Source: an uncultured Veillonella sp.
Lineage (GTDB): Bacteria; Bacillota; Negativicutes; Veillonellales; Veillonellaceae
Reading direction: 5' to 3'
Assembly (NCBI RefSeq): GCF_934230905.1
Contig: NZ_CAKQFJ010000006.1
Location: 8,813-72,812 of the forward strand
DNA: 64,000 nt
The position numbers and the translations under genes were made by a program. Positions 9,832 through 19,339 of this stretch are shown in pieces. The notes under the pieces were generated by a model, which was not told where the DNA came from, made no database searches, and saw nothing but the letters and a program-made list of their open reading frames with translations. The stretch's first letter is position 1. Every line of letters starts with the position of its first letter.

Positions 9832-11577
9832 ATGTCAAAAAAACGTATTTCAGACGTTATAATAGAAATATTAGCCAACGCAGGTATTGATAAAATTTAT
9901 GGTATCACTGGTGATAGTCTAAACTCGGTAAATGATAGTTTAAGACGTAATGGAAAAATTAAATTTGAACATGTGCGCCATGAGGAGTCTGCTGCTTTTG
10001 CAGCTGGTGCCGAAGCTTTACTAACAGGTAAGTTAACCGTTTGTGCTGGTAGCTCAGGACCTGGTAACCTCCATTTAATCAACGGCTTATTTGATTGTCA
10101 TAGAAACCGTGTACCAGTACTTGCTATTGCCTCTCATATCCCACAGTCAGAAGTAGGTCTCAACTATTTTCAGGAAACTCATCCAGAAAATCTATTTAAA
10201 GAATGCTCTTGTTTCTGTGAACTCGTTTCTAATCCAAAACAAATGCCTGAAATTTTATTCCGAGCAATGAATGCTGCTGTTGGCAATCGAGATGTAGCTG
10301 TAATTGTTCTACCAGGTGATGTAGCCGTTATGGAAACAGAGGTTGATGAACTACCTACCTGGCATGCACCTAAACTACCACGCGTAATTCCTCAAGCAGA
10401 AGATATTTTAGAGATGGTTCAACACATTAACAATGGCAAACGTATTACACTTTTCTGCGGAGCTGGTTGTGCCGGTGCACATGACGAAGTAGTTGAACTT
10501 GCATCTAAATTACATGCCCCTGTAGTGCATGCTTTCAGAGGCAAAGAATGGGTTGAATGGGATAATCCTTATGATGTAGGCATGACAGGATTACTCGGTT
10601 ATACATCTGGATATCGTGCTATCGAACAATGTGATACACTCATTATGCTAGGCACCGATTTCCCATACCGTCCGTTCTACCCTGAAAAGGCTAACGTAAT
10701 TCAAGTAGACATCAATCCATCAGCACTTGGTGCACGTGTTCCATTAACTCAAGGCATTTTTGGTTCTGTGAAAGATACATTACAGGAATTACTACCTCAC
10801 CTTACGCAACGAAATGATACAGAATTTATCGATACGATTCGCAAGGCCTATACTAAATTTCGCAATGATTTAGATGGCTATGCCGTTGCCGAACAAGATG
10901 GCGTAGCAATTCACCCTCAATATTTTGTAAATCGCCTTAATAAATTAGCTGCTGATGATGCTATCTTTACCTTCGATGTAGGCACTCCAGTTATCTGGAC
11001 AGCACGCCATATCCAAACAAATGGCAAACGTCGTATCATCGGTTCATACAACCATGGTTCTATGGCTAATGCAATGATGCATGCAATAGGTGCTCAAAAT
11101 GCATGTCCTAACCGCCAAGTTATTTCCCTTTCCGGTGACGGTGGATTTACAATGATGATGGGCGAAATGCTTTCATTGAAACAATTAAATCTTCCTGTAA
11201 AAGTATTCGTATTCAACAATGAAGAACTTAGCTTCATTGCCATGGAAATGAAAGCATCTGGTTACCTAGATTATGCTACGGACTTTGTAAACCCTGACTT
11301 TGGTAAACTTGCTAAAGCAGCTGGCATCAAAGGCATTAGCATTACAAATTCTAGTGAAGTTGATGAAAAAATCAAAGAAGCTTTAAATTATAATGAAGGC
11401 CCTGTCATTATCAATGTCCGTGTAGATAAGCAAGAACTTGCTATGCCTCCTAAAATTGCCTACCAACAAGCAAAAGGTTTTAGTAAATACTTGATTAATG
11501 CAATTCTTGATGGCCGTGGTACAGAACTCAAGGAAATGGCAAAGACGAATTGGATGAAATATAAATCCTTATACTAA
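9832..11577 (+). CDS. poxB: pyruvate dehydrogenase [ubiquinone] / pyruvate oxidase, E. coli PoxB-type (ThDP/FAD)
   Basis: 581 aa. Long collinear similarity to E. coli PoxB as I recall it (GITGDSLN…GNLHLINGLFDCHRNRVPVLAIASHIP…GYFQETHP…; ThDP motif GDGGF…NN; C-terminal AKGFSKYLINAILDGRG…AKTNW lipid-activation peptide). A strong RBS (AAGGAG) is present. Confidence 0.85.
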   Translation: MSKKRISDVIIEILANAGIDKIYGITGDSLNSVNDSLRRNGKIKFEHVRHEESAAFAAGAEALLTGKLTVCAGSSGPGNLHLINGLFDCHRNRVPVLAIASHIPQSEVGLNYFQETHPENLFKECSCFCELVSNPKQMPEILFRAMNAAVGNRDVAVIVLPGDVAVMETEVDELPTWHAPKLPRVIPQAEDILEMVQHINNGKRITLFCGAGCAGAHDEVVELASKLHAPVVHAFRGKEWVEWDNPYDVGMTGLLGYTSGYRAIEQCDTLIMLGTDFPYRPFYPEKANVIQVDINPSALGARVPLTQGIFGSVKDTLQELLPHLTQRNDTEFIDTIRKAYTKFRNDLDGYAVAEQDGVAIHPQYFVNRLNKLAADDAIFTFDVGTPVIWTARHIQTNGKRRIIGSYNHGSMANAMMHAIGAQNACPNRQVISLSGDGGFTMMMGEMLSLKQLNLPVKVFVFNNEELSFIAMEMKASGYLDYATDFVNPDFGKLAKAAGIKGISITNSSEVDEKIKEALNYNEGPVIINVRVDKQELAMPPKIAYQQAKGFSKYLINAILDGRGTELKEMAKTNWMKYKSLY

Positions 11578-11617
11578 AAGTTACCAAAACTACAAAAATA
11601 AGTAACAAAATATTCAA

Positions 11618-11655
11618 AAAAGAGGTGTCATCAAATGATGACACCTTTTTTCTAC
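11618..11655. terminator. bidirectional rho-independent terminator between convergent poxB and polC
   Basis: Hairpin AAAAAGAGGTGTCATC-AAAT-GATGACACCTTTTTT with A/T runs on both sides. Confidence 0.6.
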
Positions 11656-11691
11656 GCATATGTAATCACTTATAGTTATAACTATTACAAT

Positions 11692-14600
11692 TTAACCAAA
11701 CAAAGACATCTGTTCATCTTCTGGTAAATCACCACAGCATTTAAGCTCTTTCATCGTTTCGATGATGGTAGCAGAAACCTTACAACGACGCTGCAAATCT
11801 TTTAAGGATGTAAACGGTTTTGTCTCCCGTTCTTCTACAATTGCATCAGCAACGGTTTCACCAAGCGAATCGATAGCCAAGAATGGTGGTAATAGAGCTC
11901 CATCTTTAATGCTAAAGCGACGAGCACCAGAATGTTGAATATCTACATTGATAAATCGATAGCCTCGTTGATACATTTCCATAGATACCTCTAAAGCGGA
12001 CATCAAATCCTTTTCCTTAGGACTGGCACTACGGTCGAGAGCTTTGATACGATTAAATTCTTTCAATTGTGTATTTAAATCACCTGTCATGATCCGTAAA
12101 TCAAAGGCTTTTGCACGTATGGAAAAATACGCAGCATAGAAAGCCAACGGATGATATACCTTAAACCACGCAATACGGAAAGCCATCATAACATAAGCAA
12201 CCGCATGGGCACGCGGGAATAGATAAGAAATCTTTTTACAAGACTCAATAAACCATTCAGGAATATTATTTTCTCGCATTTCTTTTTCAAATTCCGTAGT
12301 TGCTTGCCCTTGTTTATTTCTCTTTTCAATGCCCTTCCCTTTACGAACATTTTCCATGACAAAGAAACTATTTTTCTTATTCATACCACGATGAATTAAA
12401 AAATTCATTACGTCATCACGGGTAGAAATAGCTTCATTCAATTTACAAGTGCCATTTTTAATAAGTTCCTGTGCATTGTCGAGCCATACATTCGTACCAT
12501 GGGAGAACCCAGAAATACGAACAAGGTCAGAGAAGGTTTGCGGCCGTGAATCTTCCAGCATGCCCCGTACAAATTTTGTACCACATTCCGGTACGGCAAG
12601 ACTAGCCACTTGGTCCCCTTGTAACTGTTCTGGGGTCAATCCAATCCCCTCTGTAGAAGAGAATAGGCTTAGCGTTCTAGGATCATCAAAAGGAATCGTT
12701 TTTGCATCAATACCGGTCAAATCCTCTAACATACGAATAATCGTCGGATCATCATGCCCCAGAATATCGAGTTTTGTCATACGACCTTCTATAGAGTGAT
12801 AATCAAAGTGAGTCGTTAATACGCCACTCTCTTTTTTATTTGCCGGATGTTGAATCGGTGTAAAATGATGCACATCCATATCACGAGGACAAACCATAAT
12901 ACCACCTGGATGTTGTCCTGTCGTATTTTTTACATTTGTAAAGCCTTTTGCGAGGTGTTCAAGGAATCCACTACGAGCCTGAATATTTCTAAGTTCCGCA
13001 TATTTCTTTACATACCCAAATGCAGTCTTATCTGCAATAGTACCAATAGTCCCCGCCTTAAATACATTATCACGACCGAACAATTCTTCCGTGTATTTAT
13101 GAGCCTTCGCTTGGTAATCACCAGAGAAGTTCAAATCAATATCTGGAACTTTATCACCTTCGAAACCAAGGAAAATGGCAAATGGAATGTCATGGCCATT
13201 CGTTTGTAATGGATGACCGCAATTAGGGCAATCACGGCGTGGTAAATCGAATCCACCGGCGTATTCACCATTTTCATAAAATTCCGACCACTTACATTCA
13301 GGGCAAATATAATGAGGTGGCAATGGATTTACTTCCGTAATTTCCGACATTGTCGCTGCAAAGGACGAACCTACAGAACCACGAGAACCTACGAGATATC
13401 CATCATCTAGCGATTTTTTTACCAGCTTATGTGCGATATAGTATAGAACACCATAACCATTGCTGATGATACAATCGAGTTCATAATCTAGTCGTTCCTG
13501 TACAACACGAGGTAATGGATCACCATAAATCTTCTTCGCATTTACATAACACATTTCTGTGAAAGCTTCATCAGCCCCTTCGATTTTAGGGGAATATGTA
13601 CCATCTGGCACTGGTTTAATATCTTCAATACTATCGTTGATAGCCCGTGTATTTGCAACAACGACCTCATACGCCTTTTCTTCACTCAAATATGGAAATG
13701 AAGCTAACATTTCATCAGTAGTACGTAAATGTAAATCAGGTTGCTCATCCGCATCGGGGAACCCACAAGCTGTTAACATAATCTCACGATATATTTTTTC
13801 CTCTGGCGTTAAATAATGAACGTCACACGTAGCACATACACGCTTATTAAGAGCATCTCCTAATTCAATAACAGTCTTATTCATATCAATAAGAGCTTGT
13901 TCATCTGGTACAATACCCTTACGAATCAAGAATGTATTATTTGTATGTGGTTGAATTTCAAGATAATCATAGAATGACGCAATTGTTAATAGCTCTTCTT
14001 TAGAGGCCCCTTTAACGATAGCCTGCATTAATTCACCAGCTTCACAGGCAGACCCTATGAGAATACCTTCACGATGCTCTTCAATGATAGAACGAGGTAA
14101 ACGAGGTCTCCGTTTATAATATTCCAAATGGGATATGGAAATCATTTTATACAGATTACGTAAGCCTACCATATTTTGAGCTAACAAAATAATATGATAA
14201 CGAGGCGCCTCATCTTTTCGTTTTACAACATCTAAGGATAATTCCTTTTCTAAATCCGCATCATCTACAAGATAACCTTCAACGCCATAAATAACCTTAA
14301 CCCCTAACTCTTTCCCCAGTGCTTGTGCCTCTGGAAAGGCTTGTACAACACCATGGTCCGTAATGGCAACCGCAGGATGTCCCCATTTTTTGACGGTTTT
14401 AAATAAATCCTTAATCGATACGAGTGCATCCTTATCACTCATCTTCGTATGTAAATGGAGTTCAACACGAGAATCTGGCCTATTTTCTGTCCGTTCATTT
14501 GTATTGTCTTCTTCAATAGCTTCGATACTACGTATAGATAAAATGTAGTCCTTATCAAATCGATCATCAAAGTTGACACTACCTTGAACACGCACCTTTT

Positions 14601-15417
14601 GCAATTTCTTTAATTGCTTTAATAAGGCATCCCCTTCTTCCGGACTATTTGTAAATTTGATAAACTTCATACTGTTCGTATCATCTACAATACTGCCATT
14701 GACGATACTTTTACCAGTCCTAGTATCGCGTTTATCAAGACCAACGAACACACCTTCAAAGATGACACTTTGTGTTTCTACGGTTCCCATAATACTAGAA
14801 GCTGTGCCTTCAATACGTGGACCTAAAATCATACCCTCATCAGTAGGCGCATCCTTAGGAGCACGTTGAGGATATTTCTTACCACCTTTGTGTTGTGATT
14901 TTCCATTAGATAAAGACGTAGATGATGAGCTGCTAGATATAGATGGATTTCTTGTAGTTACAGACTCATACGATGTGGAATCTGGATTAAAATAGTCCAA
15001 TTCCACCGCATCCATAAATGGCACAAACTCATCTGCATAATCAATTTCATCATCATTATTACCAGCGAAGGACTTGCCTCTCTCTGGCATGTTTTCTTCC
15101 TCTAATTTTTGTCGATGCGCTTCAACGTCTTCAATAAATTCACCTACACCACAACCACCTGCATAGTAGTACGGTGCAAATTCTTCATCCTCGTCATCTA
15201 CCTTCCACGCAAAGCAGCAAGACGTAGTTGCATTGGTAGGAATTGTATCAAAGGAAATATTTTTTTCTTTGTACCAAGCAGCTAATCGTTCTTGTAATGA
15301 CACCAATGTTTTAAACGCTGAATCTGCTGCTTGAATGGTTACCTGTTTATCATCACAATTCACATAGAAAGCAGGTTTACTATTCTGTTTTGGTACTACT
15401 CGATAACGTACTTTCAT
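11692..15417 (-). CDS. polC: DNA polymerase III alpha, PolC-type (Gram-positive replicase) lacking the 3'-5' exonuclease insert
   Basis: 1241 aa with the PolC OB domain, PHP domain (RVELHLHTKMSD…ITDHGVVQAFPEA), PolC zinc module (CPECKWSEF…CPNCGHPL), polymerase core and the characteristic C-terminus (…DLPEDEQMSLFG). The roughly 180-aa exonuclease domain normally inserted after '…IYGxExxxVDD' is absent. Confidence 0.9.
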   Translation of the reverse strand: MKVRYRVVPKQNSKPAFYVNCDDKQVTIQAADSAFKTLVSLQERLAAWYKEKNISFDTIPTNATTSCCFAWKVDDEDEEFAPYYYAGGCGVGEFIEDVEAHRQKLEEENMPERGKSFAGNNDDEIDYADEFVPFMDAVELDYFNPDSTSYESVTTRNPSISSSSSSTSLSNGKSQHKGGKKYPQRAPKDAPTDEGMILGPRIEGTASSIMGTVETQSVIFEGVFVGLDKRDTRTGKSIVNGSIVDDTNSMKFIKFTNSPEEGDALLKQLKKLQKVRVQGSVNFDDRFDKDYILSIRSIEAIEEDNTNERTENRPDSRVELHLHTKMSDKDALVSIKDLFKTVKKWGHPAVAITDHGVVQAFPEAQALGKELGVKVIYGVEGYLVDDADLEKELSLDVVKRKDEAPRYHIILLAQNMVGLRNLYKMISISHLEYYKRRPRLPRSIIEEHREGILIGSACEAGELMQAIVKGASKEELLTIASFYDYLEIQPHTNNTFLIRKGIVPDEQALIDMNKTVIELGDALNKRVCATCDVHYLTPEEKIYREIMLTACGFPDADEQPDLHLRTTDEMLASFPYLSEEKAYEVVVANTRAINDSIEDIKPVPDGTYSPKIEGADEAFTEMCYVNAKKIYGDPLPRVVQERLDYELDCIISNGYGVLYYIAHKLVKKSLDDGYLVGSRGSVGSSFAATMSEITEVNPLPPHYICPECKWSEFYENGEYAGGFDLPRRDCPNCGHPLQTNGHDIPFAIFLGFEGDKVPDIDLNFSGDYQAKAHKYTEELFGRDNVFKAGTIGTIADKTAFGYVKKYAELRNIQARSGFLEHLAKGFTNVKNTTGQHPGGIMVCPRDMDVHHFTPIQHPANKKESGVLTTHFDYHSIEGRMTKLDILGHDDPTIIRMLEDLTGIDAKTIPFDDPRTLSLFSSTEGIGLTPEQLQGDQVASLAVPECGTKFVRGMLEDSRPQTFSDLVRISGFSHGTNVWLDNAQELIKNGTCKLNEAISTRDDVMNFLIHRGMNKKNSFFVMENVRKGKGIEKRNKQGQATTEFEKEMRENNIPEWFIESCKKISYLFPRAHAVAYVMMAFRIAWFKVYHPLAFYAAYFSIRAKAFDLRIMTGDLNTQLKEFNRIKALDRSASPKEKDLMSALEVSMEMYQRGYRFINVDIQHSGARRFSIKDGALLPPFLAIDSLGETVADAIVEERETKPFTSLKDLQRRCKVSATIIETMKELKCCGDLPEDEQMSLFG

Positions 15418-15419
15418 TT

Positions 15420-16400
15420 TTATCCCTTATACCCACAATAGGTCAAACATAAATCCCTAAATCGCCACATATCCCCTTTACTTGTGCGACTATCTAATAT
15501 CACCTCATATAATCCTTTTAAGAGTGCTTTTAAAGCCTTTATAGAAATACGAGAACTTGCTTCATAGGCTAGTTTTATGGGGTACGGTTTATAAGAGGCC
15601 CCATTTTCTTTACAAAAATTTTCTACCTGTTTAGCTGTCATACCTGCGGCACGACATTCGCTTACTAATAATTGAAGCCGCAACTGTCCTTCAATATAGC
15701 CCATAGCTCGATCAATTTCTTTATAGCTAAACATAAACGGAAATAATTCTAATAAAGTATTCACATCTTGTTTTAATAATGCCTCTTTAAAGGTAAAAAT
15801 ATTTTTAGCCCCATAATTACTACTATGTTCCATTAAAAAGGACCTATCGATTTTCTTGTGATTACCTAATAACAAAAAATATCTATCAAACTCAGTACGC
15901 ATAAACGCAACTGGCACATCTTGCCATAATTCCAATAGATGAGATACATAATCGTATCCATCAGGCGTCAGCGTATATCCATTAGATGTGCAATACTGAC
16001 GAATCCACATCAATAAATCATCGCCTTCTAATCGTTTACATTCCTTATTAGGAATAGATTCTAATATCTTTTTATTTTGTTTTAATCGTTTGTCCACCAT
16101 ATCGTGATAGATAATAAGTACTGGATTATCACCGGTATAATTCATCAGTAACTCGGCCAGTGCATCCCATTCTTGACTCTCTTTTTGGCCTGCTTTTTTC
16201 AAGATAGGTAGATTGATAAGACAAAATACCTTGGCATCGCCAAATAAAGAATCCTCCATCAATTGTTCTGATATTTTGGAAGGACCTGCTTCATCATACA
16301 ATACGCGCACATCTAGATTTTTATGAGATAAGAAAAACTTTTGTTTCTCTTCTTCTATGAGTTGTGGTTCATTACCATAGATTAGATATACTTGATTCAT
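15420..16400 (-). CDS. holA: DNA polymerase III delta subunit
   Basis: 326–332 aa HolA-like protein (YLIYGNEPQLIEEEK…) in the conserved comEC-holA position. The best start is MNQVYLIY at about 16400, preceded by AAGGAGG. Confidence 0.8.
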   Translation of the reverse strand: MNQVYLIYGNEPQLIEEEKQKFFLSHKNLDVRVLYDEAGPSKISEQLMEDSLFGDAKVFCLINLPILKKAGQKESQEWDALAELLMNYTGDNPVLIIYHDMVDKRLKQNKKILESIPNKECKRLEGDDLLMWIRQYCTSNGYTLTPDGYDYVSHLLELWQDVPVAFMRTEFDRYFLLLGNHKKIDRSFLMEHSSNYGAKNIFTFKEALLKQDVNTLLELFPFMFSYKEIDRAMGYIEGQLRLQLLVSECRAAGMTAKQVENFCKENGASYKPYPIKLAYEASSRISIKALKALLKGLYEVILDSRTSKGDMWRFRDLCLTYCGYKG

Positions 16401-16414
16401 CGCTAGTCCTCCTT

Positions 16415-18610
16415 TCATAATCGATAATCTGGAATATATTCATAGCCCCACAAATGAACATATTCTGCATCTGGATCAATATCTCGCAACGCTCCTCTAG
16501 GCATACTCACAAGCACAGGGCGATTCGAATGTAACGCTAACATTTGATTTACCATATACGACTGAGAGGTAATCAAAATAGCGTTCCTCATATTATTTAA
16601 TTGTAGTTTTTTTTCACCATTTTGTCTATTATAGACCATCACAGACGATATATCATTTTTGTATAAAGTAGTATTTTTGCCAGTGGATTGAAATCGCTGA
16701 ACATGCGCATTTTTTAATGGAATACCAAAACTTTGAAGTCCATTTCTTATGCGAATTTCACTCGCTTTCATCGGTATATTATCAGGTGTATCAATATATA
16801 CAGTTGCTACCTTTTCATAAGGCCTCACAATGAGCATTGTATTGGATTGTTTCATGGGTATAATATGCATAATCGTTTCATTTTTATATAAGATGCCACT
16901 ATAAGCTATAGCAATTATGCCGATTCCCATAAGTACAATTCCTGTTGTTAAAGCTCTAAACCTAAGCTTTAACGATACTAGATTAATATATAGTAATTCT
17001 ATACATCCATAATATAACATCCCTAATGTGGTAGAAATGGTACCTATCCACCATAAACAAATAGAACTATTAGCGAGATGCGCATTTACATATAAACTGA
17101 TAGTTAATACCCAGTCGATTACTTTCCACACCATACCTATTGGTATAAGTAAAGATATTACGGTACAGACAAATAACATAACAATGGCTATATCGAGTAA
17201 AGGTGTAATAATAATAGCTGCAAAGAGACTTGCTAAACTCAGATAGTGAAAATAATAAAGCTGAAATGGTATCAATAAAAGCTGTGCACTGATACATAGT
17301 ACTAGTGGCGCTTTCACAATCGGTGGCAATACTGTCATCCAGCGATATAAAGGCATACCAAACAATAAGAGTCCATAGGTAGCACCAAATGATAGTTGGA
17401 AACTTACATCCAAAATTAGTAATGGATCATAGAGTAAAAATAGGATGGCTGTTACTGCTAATCCTTGTTTTGCAGTATATATACGCCCTTTTAGATAAGC
17501 TAAGGCTAGCCATACTCCCATAATAGTGGAACGCACAACAGGAGCACTGAAACCAACTACCATACAATAAAAGATTGATAAAATAATACCACCTATCATG
17601 GCATATCGTTTCTTGATACGACATAATCTACATATGCCATATACAATAGAGAATAATAAGGCAATATGAGAACCCGATATAGATAAAATATGAATAATGC
17701 CAGTATAGCCAAATTGACGTAGCACATCTTGGCCTAATTCACCATAATGACCACCTAAAACTAGAGAGATTCCTAACCATTTCGTTGTATCAGATAAATA
17801 TTGCTGCATCAATGCTTCAATAACATTACGCATAGAACCAATTATATAAAGCCAACGTTGGTAGTAACCAATATATGGGTCTAACTTGTACTGCTTAAGT
17901 GAATCTAAATCTACTATGGTATAGGTACCACCAAATATGATCCCTCTATCATCATTACGAATGGCTTTATTCCTTTTATCGATAGTTCCTCTTTCCTCTG
18001 TAAGATATAGCGATTTAGGTGTGCCATGAACGATAATTGAATCTCCTAAGCGAAGATGTGTTGAATTTTCTTGTATTGTTACCTTTATATGACCATCAGC
18101 CTTTATATGTACACCTTTAGCAGTGTCTTTATACGGTTCTAAGCCCAGCAATACAGCATTAAACGTTTTATACACTTTGTTATCGATGACGGTCATATCT
18201 ACAGGAGTATCAATTAGTAAAGCATAATCTCCTTCTTGTGATACAAAAAATTTTGTATGACCTACATACTGGTTGATTTGATGATTAACATGTACATATG
18301 ATAGAGTACCTAACACAAGGGAGATGATAATAGTGACTATCATATATTTATAAGACAAAGAAGGGTTTACTTTATATCGAACCATAGATTTGCATAATGT
18401 ATATAATACGTAAACTATAGCTCCCCCAATACAATACCAAGATGTATCAAGCAATATATAATGATTACTATATGCATATAAACTACCCAATATGATGCCA
18501 CAAAGTATATAATGGGCCATTTCCGAATAAGTAATAAGCATATTCATCGTCAGGTAAGTTGCAATATTAGATCGTAATTTTATCACGTAATTTTTTAAAT
18601 ACCCCATCAC
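16415..18610 (-). CDS. comEC: DNA internalisation competence protein ComEC/Rec2
   Basis: 731-aa polytopic membrane protein with an N-terminal DUF4131-like region and the ComEC/Rec2 competence domain (…GYTGIIHILSISGSHIALLFSIVYG…). The C-terminal roughly 170 aa lack the HxHxDH motif. The start may be an internal Met at about 18547. Confidence 0.85.
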   Translation of the reverse strand: MMGYLKNYVIKLRSNIATYLTMNMLITYSEMAHYILCGIILGSLYAYSNHYILLDTSWYCIGGAIVYVLYTLCKSMVRYKVNPSLSYKYMIVTIIISLVLGTLSYVHVNHQINQYVGHTKFFVSQEGDYALLIDTPVDMTVIDNKVYKTFNAVLLGLEPYKDTAKGVHIKADGHIKVTIQENSTHLRLGDSIIVHGTPKSLYLTEERGTIDKRNKAIRNDDRGIIFGGTYTIVDLDSLKQYKLDPYIGYYQRWLYIIGSMRNVIEALMQQYLSDTTKWLGISLVLGGHYGELGQDVLRQFGYTGIIHILSISGSHIALLFSIVYGICRLCRIKKRYAMIGGIILSIFYCMVVGFSAPVVRSTIMGVWLALAYLKGRIYTAKQGLAVTAILFLLYDPLLILDVSFQLSFGATYGLLLFGMPLYRWMTVLPPIVKAPLVLCISAQLLLIPFQLYYFHYLSLASLFAAIIITPLLDIAIVMLFVCTVISLLIPIGMVWKVIDWVLTISLYVNAHLANSSICLWWIGTISTTLGMLYYGCIELLYINLVSLKLRFRALTTGIVLMGIGIIAIAYSGILYKNETIMHIIPMKQSNTMLIVRPYEKVATVYIDTPDNIPMKASEIRIRNGLQSFGIPLKNAHVQRFQSTGKNTTLYKNDISSVMVYNRQNGEKKLQLNNMRNAILITSQSYMVNQMLALHSNRPVLVSMPRGALRDIDPDAEYVHLWGYEYIPDYRL

Positions 18611-19187
18611 TGATACCCTTTACATGTTTAATATCTTCTATGGATGTAAAAGCTCCCTTGCTTTGACGATACTCATCAATTCGTTTTGCCATAGTAGGAC
18701 CAATACCTGGTAGTGAATCAAGTTCTTTGATGGTAGCCGTATTAATATTAACTTTTTGATTTCGTAATAGTGATTCAGGATTTCCATGAAAATTAAATCT
18801 AATATGAATATGTTGGCCACTTTGAACATTTTCTGCTAAATTAATAGATTCAACATCTCCATAAGGTAATGCACCACCAGCCTCTTTTATGACATCTCCA
18901 ATAGTAGACCTTGATGGCACCTTATAAAGACCTGGAGATTGAATAGCACCTGTCACATATACAATAACTGTATTTTCCTCATCATTCGGTACTGCATCAT
19001 TATTAGTGGAAATAGAATTACTATCTTGATTAGCTGTACTATTCACTTTTGATGTATCGGCTGCTAACACAGATGAATCTGGCATGATGGTGCTTCCTTC
19101 TGTTATAATAGGCCATAGGAAATAAATTCCTACTAAAATACACAGGATTATTACAATCCACTTATGTGACAAAATTATTTGTTTCAT
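18567..19187 (-). CDS. comEA: competence protein ComEA (membrane-anchored tandem helix-hairpin-helix DNA receptor)
   Basis: Signal anchor (MKQIILSHKWIVIILCILVGIYFLW), linker, then C-terminal HhH motifs (NINTATIKELDSLPGIGPTMAKRIDEYR…). The start is at about 19187 with an AGGAGGTG RBS; the upstream extension in the ORF track is probably spurious. Confidence 0.85.
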   Translation of the reverse strand: MKQIILSHKWIVIILCILVGIYFLWPIITEGSTIMPDSSVLAADTSKVNSTANQDSNSISTNNDAVPNDEENTVIVYVTGAIQSPGLYKVPSRSTIGDVIKEAGGALPYGDVESINLAENVQSGQHIHIRFNFHGNPESLLRNQKVNINTATIKELDSLPGIGPTMAKRIDEYRQSKGAFTSIEDIKHVKGISDGVFKKLRDKITI

Positions 19188-19339
19188 ATGGTCACCTCCT
19201 ATTGTAAAGGTTTCCATATATAACAAATAACTCCTACCTGTGATTCTATTAGTCACACAAGCAGGAGTTATATAAATCATGTCGAATTAAAGGAATATAC
19301 TTTCACAGTATAGCCCATTACTATGTAAAGGAGCCTATA

